A stretch of DNA of 64,000 nucleotides from an uncultured Chloroflexia bacterium (GTDB taxonomy: Bacteria > Chloroflexota > Limnocylindria > Limnocylindrales > CSP1-4), in assembly GCA_963707215.1 (NCBI GenBank), contig CAVPPB010000003.1, positions 1,504,001 through 1,568,000 on the forward strand. The letters run 5' to 3'. Positions within the stretch are counted from its first letter, which is position 1, and each line of letters opens with the position of its first letter. Under the pieces are notes generated by a model. The model had not been told where the DNA came from. It saw only the letters and a list, made by a program, of their open reading frames with translations, and did not search any database. Positions 17,284-26,531 of the stretch are shown here, in pieces. Both the position numbers and the translations under genes were made by a program.

Positions 17284-18978
17284 TCAGCGCCGGGCGGAAG
17301 CGGTGACGAGATGCTCGGCGCCCGCCTGGAGGCCCTCGTGGACGGTCGCCACCGTGGCCAGGGTGTCGATCTCGGCAGGGGTCTTGTCGGGCCGCAGCCG
17401 AGCGATCCGGGGAAAGCGCAGCGCATAGCCGCTGCGATGGCGTCGCGACCGCATGATCACGTCGAAGGCCACCTCGACGACGACGGTCGGCTCGACGACC
17501 CGGTAGCGCCCGTGCCGGGAGACCGTGTGCTCCTCGAACCAGCGCGTCATCTCGGCCAGCTCCGCGTCGCTGAGCCCGCTGTAGGCCTTGCCGATCGTGA
17601 CCAGCCCCCCGGTGGCCTCGTCGCGGACGGCGAAGGTGTAGTCGGACAGGACCCCGTGCCGCTTGCCGTGCCCGACCTCGACGCCGACGACGACACAGTC
17701 GATGGTCGCCAGGGCCCTCTTGAGCTTCAACCAGCCCTGGCCTCGTCGCCCCGGGGTGTAGCGGCTCCCGGGATCCTTCACCATCAGGCCCTCGTTACGG
17801 CGTTCACGGGCTGCCGCGAAGGCTGCCTCGAGTCCCTCGACCCCCGAGACGCGCCCGAGGTACGAGAGGGCGAACCGGCCGCTCTCGTCGGCAAGCGGAA
17901 GGACGAGCACCTCCAGCCGGGCCCGCCGCTCGCGAAGCGGGAGATCCAGCAGTGGCTCGGCCTGGCCGTCTCGCGGCCCCAGGGCCAGGAGATCCCAGGC
18001 CACGAAGATGACCGGCACCCGCTCACGGATGGCGGCCGACGGCGCCTTGCGGCCGAGTCGAGCCTGGAGCGCGAGGAACGGCAGGACGGTGCCGTCTCGG
18101 TAGGCCAGGAGCTCGCCGTCGAGGACCCCGTCCCAGGGCAGGTCGCTGGCGTCGTCGGCCACCTCGGGGAACTGGCCGGTGACGTCGTGGAGGTCCCTCG
18201 AGTAGAGCGCGACCCGGTCACCGGCCCGGTGGAGCTGAGCCCGGATGCCGTCGTACTTGTCCTCGACCCAGACCTCCTCGCCGAGACGCGCGACGATGGC
18301 CGCCGCGTCCTCGGCCGGCGACGCGAGCATCGGTTTGAGCGGGCGGAAGAGCGTCAGCCGGGCAGCGTGGAGACGGTCCTCCCGGGCCAGGGCGGCGGTG
18401 CGGCCGACCTCGCCGGACAGCTGGGTGGCCCGCTTGACGGCATCGAGCGGGCGATCGAAGGCCCGGGCGATGGCCGCCTCGAGCAGGCCCTCTCGAAGGC
18501 CGATGCGAAGGTCGCCGCCGAGGATCATGACCACGCCCCGGGCGGTCGTCGGATCGCATCTGGAAAGCAGCCCGGCCAGGAGGTCGACCTTGGGAGCCGC
18601 GCCGGACGCCTGCTCGACCACCGACAGGGCGCGGTCCACCTCGACCAACGTCGGCGAGACCGCGGGATCCGGATCGTGACCGACTCCGACCAGGAGGTCC
18701 TCGGCGGCCAGGCCGACGTCCGAGTAGCGATCGTAGGCCTCGCGGAGCGCCTCGGGCGGGCGGGCGGCAACCGCGCTGATCGCCGCCGCCAGGCCGGCCC
18801 AGCCGAGCCCGATCGAGCGCGGGTCGCTCTCGGCGAACGGGCGCCCCGAGAAGTAGGTACAGGCGATCGGCAGCTCGAGCTCGTCGAGCTCGCGAAGGTA
18901 GGCGGCCAGGATCGCTGTCTTCTCCGAGGTGCGGGTCGTCGCGGCTACCTGCCCGGCGACCTCGGTCCAGCGTCGCAT
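17284..18978 (-). CDS. ATP-dependent DNA ligase (LigB-like, with DNA-binding domain)
   Basis: EDKYDGIRAQ (adenylated Lys), LDGE, EGLMVK, WLKLK, ALRFPRI. Confidence 0.95.
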   Translation of the reverse strand: MRRWTEVAGQVAATTRTSEKTAILAAYLRELDELELPIACTYFSGRPFAESDPRSIGLGWAGLAAAISAVAARPPEALREAYDRYSDVGLAAEDLLVGVGHDPDPAVSPTLVEVDRALSVVEQASGAAPKVDLLAGLLSRCDPTTARGVVMILGGDLRIGLREGLLEAAIARAFDRPLDAVKRATQLSGEVGRTAALAREDRLHAARLTLFRPLKPMLASPAEDAAAIVARLGEEVWVEDKYDGIRAQLHRAGDRVALYSRDLHDVTGQFPEVADDASDLPWDGVLDGELLAYRDGTVLPFLALQARLGRKAPSAAIRERVPVIFVAWDLLALGPRDGQAEPLLDLPLRERRARLEVLVLPLADESGRFALSYLGRVSGVEGLEAAFAAARERRNEGLMVKDPGSRYTPGRRGQGWLKLKRALATIDCVVVGVEVGHGKRHGVLSDYTFAVRDEATGGLVTIGKAYSGLSDAELAEMTRWFEEHTVSRHGRYRVVEPTVVVEVAFDVIMRSRRHRSGYALRFPRIARLRPDKTPAEIDTLATVATVHEGLQAGAEHLVTASARR

Positions 18979-19008
18979 CGTGGCGGGGATGGTATACGCT
19001 CCCGGGGC

Positions 19009-19755
19009 ATGCTCCCGCGCGGCTGGCTTCCCGATCAGCTCGTCGGCCGGACGGTCGTTCTCCGGCCCCACGCGCCGGAGAACCTCGCCGCCTTCCGACG
19101 CTGGTACGCGGACCCCGAGATCTCACGCCTGACCCGCTACCAGGACGGTCCGATGCGGCGGGACGAGATCGACCGCTTCTTCCAGGTGCGCGCCGTCGGC
19201 ACGCAGTCGCTGGCGATGGCGATCCACCTCCGGGGCAGCGGCCGGCTCATCGGCTCGTGCGCCTTCAGTGCCCTCGACCCCGACAACGGCGCGGCGATGT
19301 TCCACATCACGATCGGGGAGAAGGACTGCTGGGGCAGGGGCCACGGCACCGAGGCGACCGAGCTGATGCTCGACCATGCTTTCGGAACGCTGGAGCTCCA
19401 TCGCGTCGCCCTGGCGGTCTTCGCCTTCAACGAGCGGGCGATCCGCTCGTACCGCAGGGTCGGCTTCGTGATCGAGGGTCGATCACGCCAGGCCATCTTC
19501 CGGGACGGACGGTTCTGGGACGAGCTCCACATGAGCGTGCTGTCGGACGAGTGGCGGACCCGGCGCGACCGCTCGACCGGCGCCGTCCCGACCGAGGCGA
19601 GCACCGGTTCCGCGGTGACCGCCGGAGCGGCGGCGGGCGGCGACGGCGTGAGCTCCGGTGCCCCGCAAGCGGCCGTCCCAAGCCCCCAGGCCGGCGCCGC
19701 CCAGGACGACGAGGGCCCGGACCGCGGCGTCCTTGGGCGGCTGGGGTTGCGCTGA
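19009..19755 (+). CDS. GNAT N-acetyltransferase, RimJ/RimL family
   Basis: IGEKDCWGRGHGTEA, FNERAIRSYRRVGFVIEG; TACGCT upstream. Confidence 0.88.
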   Translation: MLPRGWLPDQLVGRTVVLRPHAPENLAAFRRWYADPEISRLTRYQDGPMRRDEIDRFFQVRAVGTQSLAMAIHLRGSGRLIGSCAFSALDPDNGAAMFHITIGEKDCWGRGHGTEATELMLDHAFGTLELHRVALAVFAFNERAIRSYRRVGFVIEGRSRQAIFRDGRFWDELHMSVLSDEWRTRRDRSTGAVPTEASTGSAVTAGAAAGGDGVSSGAPQAAVPSPQAGAAQDDEGPDRGVLGRLGLR

Positions 19756-19757
19756 CC

Positions 19758-20036
19758 ATGCCTGCCGGCGGACCGGAGGCGGAGGCCGCTCGGGCCGCCT
19801 TCCGCGAGCGGATCTCGGCCCCTGGCCACGCCGTCCAGAATGCCCGACTCGCCGTCGACGGCCTCGAGGCCGCCTTCGCCGCCGGCGTGCTCGAGCGGAC
19901 CGCGACCCTCGGGCTGATGCTCGGCGACCTTGAGCGGGCGCTCGAGCAGGACGAGGGGCAGCGACTCGGCGGCAAGAGCGCCGAGGCGGCCCGCTTCATC
20001 CTCCGGGCCATCGACCGGGAGCTCGATCGGACCTGA
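19758..20036 (+). CDS. Small helical hypothetical protein
   Basis: ATG 2 nt after the GNAT stop; 92 aa with typical codon usage. Confidence 0.6.
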   Translation: MPAGGPEAEAARAAFRERISAPGHAVQNARLAVDGLEAAFAAGVLERTATLGLMLGDLERALEQDEGQRLGGKSAEAARFILRAIDRELDRT

Positions 20037-20062
20037 CGACCGCAGATGGGGCCGACCCGAGC

Positions 20063-20101
20063 CGACAGGCACCTCCCGGAAGACTCACAGGAAACTGTAA
20101 G
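20063..20101 (+). promoter_or_regulatory. 11-bp-phased direct repeats upstream of the response regulator
   Basis: CGACAG(20063), TCCCGG(20074), TCACAG(20085), TGTAAG(20096). Confidence 0.5.
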
Positions 20102-20171
20102 GTTCGGGCGCTGGAATGAGGACCGGCGGACCCATCTCGAACGACCGAACGGTCCGCCCGGAGGTGCATAC

Positions 20172-20885
20172 ATGGTGGGAGCCCCGGCGACCCCGCTGGC
20201 CCACGTCCTCGTCGTCGACGACGAGCCATCGATCACCGATCTGCTCGGGACGGCGCTCCGCTATATGGGCTACCGCGTCACCACGGCCCGCAATGGCTTC
20301 GAGGCGCTGGAGGCAGCCGGCACGGTCTCGCCCGACGTCATGGTCCTCGACGTCATGCTCCCCGACCTCGATGGCTTCGAGGTCTGCCGGAGGCTGCGCG
20401 AGGCGCACGACTTCGTCCCGGTCATCTTCCTGACCGCCCGCGACGCGCAGGACGACCGGGTCACCGGGTTCGTCCGAGGTGGGGACGACTACGTGACCAA
20501 GCCCTTCTCCCTGGAGGAGCTGACGCTGCGGATCGGCGCCCTCCTCCGGCGGACCCGGGCCGGCGACGACGGGGCGACGTCGCGGCTTCGCTACCGCGAC
20601 CTGGAGATGGACGAGGACCGCCACCAGGTCTGGCGGGCGGGCGAGGAGGTCCAGCTCTCGCCGACCGAGTTCCGGCTCCTCCGCTACCTCCTCCTGAACC
20701 CGGAGCGGGTCCTCTCGAAGCAGCAGATCCTCGACCACGTCTGGCAGTACGACTTCAACGGCGAGGAGAACGTCGTCGAGACCTACGTCAGCTACCTCCG
20801 CAAGAAGATCGACCGAGTCGAGCCGAAGCTGCTCCAGACCGTCCGCGGCTTCGGCTACACCATCCGGGCCAGCGACGGGCGATGA
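20172..20885 (+). CDS. OmpR/PhoB-family response regulator (actinobacterial PhoP/MprA-like)
   Basis: VLVVDDE, LDVMLPDLDG, FLTARD, DDYVTKPFS, wHTH ...TVRGFGY; SD ggagg. Confidence 0.95.
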   Translation: MVGAPATPLAHVLVVDDEPSITDLLGTALRYMGYRVTTARNGFEALEAAGTVSPDVMVLDVMLPDLDGFEVCRRLREAHDFVPVIFLTARDAQDDRVTGFVRGGDDYVTKPFSLEELTLRIGALLRRTRAGDDGATSRLRYRDLEMDEDRHQVWRAGEEVQLSPTEFRLLRYLLLNPERVLSKQQILDHVWQYDFNGEENVVETYVSYLRKKIDRVEPKLLQTVRGFGYTIRASDGR

Positions 20886-22387
20886 CCCTCCGGGCGCGGC
20901 TCCTGCTCACCGTCGCGGGGCTCCTGGCGGTCGCCCTCGTCGTGACCGGGTTGCTGATCGCCGGGCTGACCCGGGCCAGCCTGGTGGCCCAGGTCGACGA
21001 CCAGCTGCGCCGGACCGCGACCGGCGGGCGGCTCGAGCGGATCCTCGAGCTCGACCCCGGCGACCAGCTCCTGGGCCGGTCGAGCGCCTGGCTCATCCTC
21101 GGCCCCGGCGGGGCGATCCTCGCCTCGGCGCCGTCCGGACCCGCCACGGCGCCCGACCCGCTGCCCGAGGTCCCCGCCGACGCGACCGGCCCGGCGAGCC
21201 TGCCCCCCGGGACGATCGTGGACGCGTCGTCCAGGGATGGTTCGGTCGACTATCGGATGCTCGTCGCACGCGGACCGCGAGACACCACGCTGCTGCTGGC
21301 CTCGCCACTGTCCGACGTCCAGGCGGCCACGGCCGCCCTCGTCCGCAACCTCTTCCTCGTCGGGCTGCTGGTCCTGGCCGTCGGACTGGCCATCGGTTGG
21401 GTGCTCATCCGTCGAGACCTGCGACCCCTCGACACGATCGCCGCGACCGCTTCGAGGATCGCCGGCGGCGACCTGTCCCAGCGGGTCGACGCGGCCGACC
21501 CGAGGACCGAAGTGGGGCAGGTAGGCGTAGCCTTCAACACGATGCTCGACGCGATCGAGACAGCCTTCGGTGAGCAGCAGGCTGCCCTCGAGGCGAAGGA
21601 GCGCAGCGAGGCGAAGCTGCGCCGTTTCGTGGCTGACGCCTCGCACGAACTGCGGACGCCGCTCACCACGGTCCGCGGCTACGCCGAGCTGTACGGCGCC
21701 GGCGGCCTGGAGGACCGCGACGAGCTCGATCGGGCGATGCGCCGGATCGACACCGAGAGTCGCCGGATGGCCGCGTTGACCGAGGATCTCCTGCTCCTGG
21801 CCCGCCTCGACCAGGGGCGCCCGCTGGCCCTCGAGCCGGTCGACCTGAGCCGCCTGGCGAGCGAGGCGGTGACCGACCTCGCAGCCACGGACCCGGACCG
21901 GCCGACCACGGCCTCGATCGAGGCTGGGGTCTCCGTCCTGGGCGACGAGGATCGATTGCGTCAGGTCATCGGCAACCTGCTGGTGAACGTGCGGGTCCAC
22001 ACGCCGCCTCGGACGCCGGTCGAGGTCGAGCTCCGGTCGACCGACGGCGTCTCGACCCTGGCGATCGTGGACCATGGACCGGGCATCGAAGACGTCCACG
22101 CAGGACGGATCTTCGACCGCTTCTTCCGGGCCGACCCGGCGCGCTCCCGGGACAAGGGCGGCAGTGGGCTGGGGCTGGCGATCGCGTCGTCGGTGCTGGC
22201 GGTCCAGGGCGGCACCATCACCCACCGGCCGACACCCGGCGGAGGCGCCACCTTCGAGGTGACCCTGCCGGTGGCAGCTCCCGCCCCGGCGCATCGCTCG
22301 GAGCCGGATCCGGCATCGGCCGAGGCGGGCTCGGCCCAGCGGCGCGATGCCGGTGACGAGCCGACCCACGACGTCGAGCCAGCCTGA
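20882..22387 (+). CDS. HAMP-domain sensor histidine kinase
   Basis: Two TM helices, HAMP, DASHELRTPL, NLLVN, DHGPG, FDRFFR, GSGLGL. Confidence 0.95.
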   Translation: MTLRARLLLTVAGLLAVALVVTGLLIAGLTRASLVAQVDDQLRRTATGGRLERILELDPGDQLLGRSSAWLILGPGGAILASAPSGPATAPDPLPEVPADATGPASLPPGTIVDASSRDGSVDYRMLVARGPRDTTLLLASPLSDVQAATAALVRNLFLVGLLVLAVGLAIGWVLIRRDLRPLDTIAATASRIAGGDLSQRVDAADPRTEVGQVGVAFNTMLDAIETAFGEQQAALEAKERSEAKLRRFVADASHELRTPLTTVRGYAELYGAGGLEDRDELDRAMRRIDTESRRMAALTEDLLLLARLDQGRPLALEPVDLSRLASEAVTDLAATDPDRPTTASIEAGVSVLGDEDRLRQVIGNLLVNVRVHTPPRTPVEVELRSTDGVSTLAIVDHGPGIEDVHAGRIFDRFFRADPARSRDKGGSGLGLAIASSVLAVQGGTITHRPTPGGGATFEVTLPVAAPAPAHRSEPDPASAEAGSAQRRDAGDEPTHDVEPA

Positions 22388-22448
22388 TCCGGCCCGGGAC
22401 CGCTGTGGCTGGGACGGCCCGGCGGCGACCCCAGGGCGACCGGCGAGT

Positions 22449-22503
22449 TCCCAGCCCGGTCCCAGCCGAGGCTCCGCCCGATCCCAGCCCCGGGTCCTAC
22501 GGT
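22449..22503 (+). promoter_or_regulatory. 11-bp-phased TCCCAG repeats plus -10 (TACGGT)
   Basis: TCCCAG at 22449, 22460 and 22482; -10 at 22498, 10 nt after the last repeat. Confidence 0.65.
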
Positions 22504-22583
22504 CAGGGCCAGGTCGCACCCCGAAGGTGCGACCGAGGATCGTGCCGACGGACGGCGCGACCGGCTCACGACAAGGAGAACAG

Positions 22584-23069
22584 ATGCGCAAGACCATCGT
22601 CGTCATCGGGGCCGCGGCCCTGATGCTCGTAGGTGCCTCGACCGTCCTGGCGGCCCCGGCCGCGACGAACGGCCTCGGGGTGGTCACCGCCACGATCGGC
22701 GGTGCCGGTGACGTCCTCTCCGACGTGCTCGACGAGCTCGTCGGGGCAGGGACGATCGACCAGACCCAGGCCGACGCGATCGAGCAGGCGGTCGAGGACA
22801 AGCGGGCCGAGCTGCAGGCCGAGCGCCAGGCCCTCCGCGAGCAGATGGAGGCCTTCCTCGAGGACGGCGTGCTGTCCGCCGAGGAGCTCGCCCAGCTGCC
22901 CGCCGACCATCCCCTCCGGAACCTCGATCAGTTCCTCGAGGACGGCCAGCTGACGACCGAGGAGCTCCAGCAGCTCCGGGGCGTCGGCGGCTTCGGCCAC
23001 CGCGGCCATGGCCACGGCCCGATGCCCGAGTCGGACGACTCCGACAGCTCGAGCGGCACGGAGTCCTGA
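22584..23069 (+). CDS. Secreted helical acidic protein with His-rich tail (paralog 1)
   Basis: SD aaggag; signal peptide; DVLDELV..GTIDQTQADA; GHRGHGHG tail. Confidence 0.8.
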   Translation: MRKTIVVIGAAALMLVGASTVLAAPAATNGLGVVTATIGGAGDVLSDVLDELVGAGTIDQTQADAIEQAVEDKRAELQAERQALREQMEAFLEDGVLSAEELAQLPADHPLRNLDQFLEDGQLTTEELQQLRGVGGFGHRGHGHGPMPESDDSDSSSGTES

Positions 23070-23099
23070 CCCCCTGCCACGTCCCCTCCTCCTCTCTCG

Positions 23100-23135
23100 C
23101 CCGGACGCCGGCGGTCACTCCCGCCGGCGTCCGGG
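23100..23135 (+). terminator. 15-bp GC hairpin after paralog 1
   Basis: CCCGGACGCCGGCGG-tcactc-CCGCCGGCGTCCGGG. Confidence 0.65.
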
Positions 23136-23160
23136 TTCCCGCCACGGGTGGTTCGGTCAC

Positions 23161-23215
23161 TCCCAGCCGATTCACAGGCGGACCCCGGGTGGATCACAGG
23201 ACGTCCCGCTAGCGT
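23161..23215 (+). promoter_or_regulatory. 11-bp-phased TC(A/C)CAG repeats plus -10 (TAGCGT)
   Basis: TCCCAG 23161, TCACAG 23172, CCCCGG 23183, TCACAG 23194; -10 at 23210, 10 nt after the last repeat. Confidence 0.7.
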
Positions 23216-23289
23216 GCCGCGATGGGCAGGTGCGAGCCTGCTCGTCGCGCGAGCCATCCGATCTCGGCGCGCCACATGGAGGAGTCTCG

Positions 23290-23838
23290 ATGCGGAGAGC
23301 CGTCGTCATCGTCGCCGTCGCAGCCATCGTCCTGGTCGGGGCCGCCACGGTCCTCGCCGCGCCGGCCGGCCCGGGTGGTCGCTCGATCGTCGTCGCCGCT
23401 TTCGACGGGGTCGGCTCGATCCTCTCCGATGCCCTCGACGAGCTGGTCGCCGACGAGACCATCACCCAGGAGCAGGCCGACGCGGTGCAGGAGCGGGTGA
23501 AGGAGAAGGCCGAGGAGCGCCGCGACGCCTGGCAGGCCGAGCGCGAGCAGCGACGAGCGGACATGGAGGCGCAGCGCGAGGCCTGGAAGGAGGCCCTCGA
23601 GGACGGCAGGATCTCCAGGGAGGAGCTCGACGCGCTCGTGCCCGAGGATCACCCGCTCCGCCAGCTCGACGAGTTCCTTGACGACGGCGAGCTCTCGGCC
23701 GACGAGCTCGAGGCGCTCCGCGGCTTCCGGCTCTTCGGCCCGCTCGGGGGTCGCGGCGGCTTCCATGGCCACGGGCTCCACGACCATGGCTCGCCGGAAG
23801 CGCCACCCAGTCCCAGCCCGAGCGGCACGGACTCCTGA
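23290..23838 (+). CDS. Secreted helical acidic protein with His-rich tail (paralog 2)
   Basis: SD ggagga; clearly homologous to 22584-23069 (LSDALDELV, TITQEQADA, DHPLRQLDEFL, GTDS*). Confidence 0.8.
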   Translation: MRRAVVIVAVAAIVLVGAATVLAAPAGPGGRSIVVAAFDGVGSILSDALDELVADETITQEQADAVQERVKEKAEERRDAWQAEREQRRADMEAQREAWKEALEDGRISREELDALVPEDHPLRQLDEFLDDGELSADELEALRGFRLFGPLGGRGGFHGHGLHDHGSPEAPPSPSPSGTDS

Positions 23839-23866
23839 GGGACGACAGCGACCCTCGCTCATAGCC

Positions 23867-23895
23867 CGACGCCGGCGGATGGCCCGCCGGCGTCG
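23867..23895. terminator. 12-bp GC hairpin after paralog 2
   Basis: CGACGCCGGCGG-atggc-CCGCCGGCGTCG, with the same stem core as 23100-23135. Confidence 0.6.
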
Positions 23896-23934
23896 TCGTG
23901 TCGGGTGGGGTCGGCGGCCGGCCGCCGACCGGGA

Positions 23935-24369
23935 TCAGGCCGGCGCCTCGGTCGCGTCGCGGCCGTCGAAGCCGTCGACGAGCGCTCGGTCGCCGAGCGG
24001 CTCGCTCAGCTCGATCTCGATCGGGAACTCGGGATTGCCCTGGCAGTCCTGGTCGCCCTCGCGCCGGCCGACCTCGAAGGTGATGACGACCTCGGCCTCG
24101 CCGTACTCGATCACCGGCGGCAGGACACGACCCTCGGGCGACTGGCCGCTGGCGCAGTCGCGCTCCCTCAGCACGGCCCTGATGACGGTCGAGGAGGGAT
24201 CGAGGGGCAGGGCGTCCGGGTCGACCCACCACTGGGCCGGGCCGGCCTCGGCCGGGGCGCTCGGTGTAGGCGACGCCGACGGCTGCGGGGACGGCGTGGC
24301 GCCGCCGGTGGTGCAGGCGGCGACGAGGAGCGCCAGCAGGGCGGTCGCCGCGAGGGCTGGCCGGGACAT
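23935..24369 (-). CDS. Hypothetical lipoprotein
   Basis: SD ggagg; VAAC lipobox; ERDCASG...DCQGNP...EPLGDRALVDG with two Cys. Confidence 0.75.
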   Translation of the reverse strand: MSRPALAATALLALLVAACTTGGATPSPQPSASPTPSAPAEAGPAQWWVDPDALPLDPSSTVIRAVLRERDCASGQSPEGRVLPPVIEYGEAEVVITFEVGRREGDQDCQGNPEFPIEIELSEPLGDRALVDGFDGRDATEAPA

Positions 24370-24482
24370 GACAGGACCTCCGGATGGGGCGGCGAGTGGC
24401 CGAGGTGCTCGGGCCCGACCCCGCCCTGACGCGGGCGCCCCGTGGCCGGTTCCCCGGTCTGCTTCGGGACCTCGCCGCCCGT

Positions 24483-24526
24483 TCCCATGGATCCCACAGC
24501 CTCCTCCAAGGCGGTCGACCGAGATT
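24483..24526 (+). promoter_or_regulatory. 11-bp-phased repeats upstream of the HtrA gene
   Basis: TCCCAT 24483, CCACAG 24494, TCCAAG 24505; -10-like GAGATT at 24521, 10 nt after the last repeat. Confidence 0.55.
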
Positions 24527-24562
24527 CGGGGCGTCGAGCACGCACGACCCCCTGGAGACGCC

Positions 24563-25858
24563 ATGAGCTGGCAAACCCCGGAACGACCCGAGCACCGGCG
24601 GTCTCGTCCCCGACGAGCGGCCCCCCGAGCCTGGACGACCCCCGACCCGAGTGCCTCGCGGTGGTTGGCAGCACCCTCCCAGCCTCCCGCACCGATCGCC
24701 GCCGCGGTCCCGGACCCGAGCCCGGCCGATGATCGGCGCCGGCACGGGCGCCGCACGCGGGAGGCCCTGCTCGTCGCGGTCGGCGCGCTGGCTGTCGTCG
24801 GCGTCCTCGCCATGGGCATCCTCGTAGGCCCGGCCGAACCGGGCAGCGCCGGGGCCGCGTCCTCCGGCGCCGATGCCACGCCGGCGGCCACGGCCACCAC
24901 GAGCCAGGCGACCATGAACCAGCAGCCCGAGGTGGTCCTCGCCGCCGACGTCGACGCCGCCTCGGTCGCCGACCGGGTCATCCCGTCGGTCGTCTACGTC
25001 GAGGTGCTCGCTTCCGGGCGTGACGGTGCGGCCGCGCCGATCGCCTCCGGCAGCGGGGTCATCCTCGACACCGCCGGGCACATCGCGACCAACCGCCACG
25101 TCGTGGCGGCCGGGACCACGTACCGGGTCGTGCTGTATGACGGGCGGACCTACGACGCCACCCTGGTCGGGGTGGACGAGGCGACCGACCTGGCGGTCCT
25201 CGACATCGGCGCCGACGACCTCATCCCGATCACGCTCGGCTCCTCCGATACCCTCGAGGTCGGCGACCCGGCCGTCGCGGTCGGCAGCCCGCTCGGACTC
25301 CAGGGCGGTCCGTCGCTGACGGTCGGCGTCGTCTCCGCCTTCGGTCGGGAGGTCACGACCGACACGAGCACCCTGTACGGGATGCTCCAGACCGATGCCG
25401 CCATCACCGAGGGCTCGAGCGGCGGCGCGCTGGTCGACGAGGCGGGCCGGCTGATCGGCATCACGACGGCCGTCGGCGTCAGCAGCGTCGGGGTCGAGGG
25501 CATCGGCTTCGCCACCCCGGTCGAGATCGTCGACCGGGTCGCCGACGAGCTGGTCTCCGACGGCACGGCGAGCCGACCGGGCCTCGGGATCACCGGCCAG
25601 ACGGCCTACCGCCAGCTCGCCGACGGTGGAGAGCAGCCGGTCGGCGTCGAGATCCTCGCGATCCGGGCCGGCTCGGCGGCATCCGATGCCGGCCTCGCCG
25701 TGGGAGACGTCATCTCGAAGGTCGGCGACACGCCGATCGACACGATGGACGAGCTGGTCGCGGCGCTGCGGCGTCACTCGGCCGGCGACGAGGTCTCCCT
25801 GGCGATCGACGGAAGCGGGGCCATCCGGACGGCGTCGGTCGTGCTCCAGGACCTCTAG
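24563..25858 (+). CDS. Membrane-anchored HtrA/DegP-like S1C serine protease with PDZ domain
   Basis: TM anchor; GSGVI, TNRHVV (His), DLAVL (Asp), QTDAAITEGSSGG (Ser); C-terminal PDZ. Confidence 0.92.
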   Translation: MSWQTPERPEHRRSRPRRAAPRAWTTPDPSASRWLAAPSQPPAPIAAAVPDPSPADDRRRHGRRTREALLVAVGALAVVGVLAMGILVGPAEPGSAGAASSGADATPAATATTSQATMNQQPEVVLAADVDAASVADRVIPSVVYVEVLASGRDGAAAPIASGSGVILDTAGHIATNRHVVAAGTTYRVVLYDGRTYDATLVGVDEATDLAVLDIGADDLIPITLGSSDTLEVGDPAVAVGSPLGLQGGPSLTVGVVSAFGREVTTDTSTLYGMLQTDAAITEGSSGGALVDEAGRLIGITTAVGVSSVGVEGIGFATPVEIVDRVADELVSDGTASRPGLGITGQTAYRQLADGGEQPVGVEILAIRAGSAASDAGLAVGDVISKVGDTPIDTMDELVAALRRHSAGDEVSLAIDGSGAIRTASVVLQDL

Positions 25859-25977
25859 GCGTCCGCCGTGGCGGGCGACCGGGCTTGACCGGGGCGGGGG
25901 TCGCGGGTGCACCATCCCGTCAACGAGCGTCGTCGCCCGCTCCGGGCGCGGCCGGCCGACGAACGAAGGAGCGCCCG

Positions 25978-26454
25978 ATGGCCACCCCGACCCGCCCACC
26001 CGAGCTCGACGACGCGACCCGGCGGGCACTGGCCGTCGGCCTCTACAACCGGGCCATGGACCTGCTCCAGGTGCCGGACCGGACCCCCGACCAGGACGAC
26101 GATCTCATCCACACCGCGCACGCCTCGCGCCACCACTGGGGCGAGGTAGGGACGCCGCTGAACCTGGCCCGCGGGGAGTGGCTCTGCGGCCGGGTGTACG
26201 CGACGCTCGGGCGCGGCGAGCCGGCCGTCTGGCACGCCCGACGTTGCCTCGAGCTCCTCGAGGGCCCGGCCGCCGCGGACCGCGAGGACTGGGACCTGCC
26301 CGCCGCCTGCGAGGGGATGGCCCGGGCCCTGTCCGCGGCCGGCGACACGGATGGTCGCGATGCCTGGGAGGCACGTGCGCGGGAGGCGCTCGCGGACATC
26401 GTCGACGCCGAGGACCGCGAGGTCATCGAGCAGGACCTGCGCACCATCCCATGA
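25978..26454 (+). CDS. Hypothetical helical (TPR-like) protein
   Basis: SD aaggag; HTAHASRHHW...NLARGEW...EGMARA. Confidence 0.75.
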   Translation: MATPTRPPELDDATRRALAVGLYNRAMDLLQVPDRTPDQDDDLIHTAHASRHHWGEVGTPLNLARGEWLCGRVYATLGRGEPAVWHARRCLELLEGPAAADREDWDLPAACEGMARALSAAGDTDGRDAWEARAREALADIVDAEDREVIEQDLRTIP

Positions 26455-26531
26455 GCCACCTCGTCGTGGCGCCCTCGCCGACCGGGGCGGTGCCGGTGTC
26501 GGAAGCAGCCGTCGGGGGACGTCGCAGGTGA
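26451..26531 (+). CDS. 26-aa bridge ORF overlapping both neighbouring genes
   Basis: ATG overlaps the upstream TGA (ATGA) and its TGA overlaps the downstream GTG (GTGA): MSHLVVAPSPTGAVPVSEAAVGGRRR*. Confidence 0.4.
   Translation: MSHLVVAPSPTGAVPVSEAAVGGRRR

Noticed and set aside
14313-19755. Apparent 726-aa rhodanese and 814-aa GNAT fusions
   Set aside because: The N-terminal extensions are antisense to the C-S lyase and the ligase; promoter-supported starts are at 15651 and 19009.
25408-25430. HtrA GSSGG instead of GNSGG
   Set aside because: The catalytic Ser, His and Asp are all present; this is a common benign variant.
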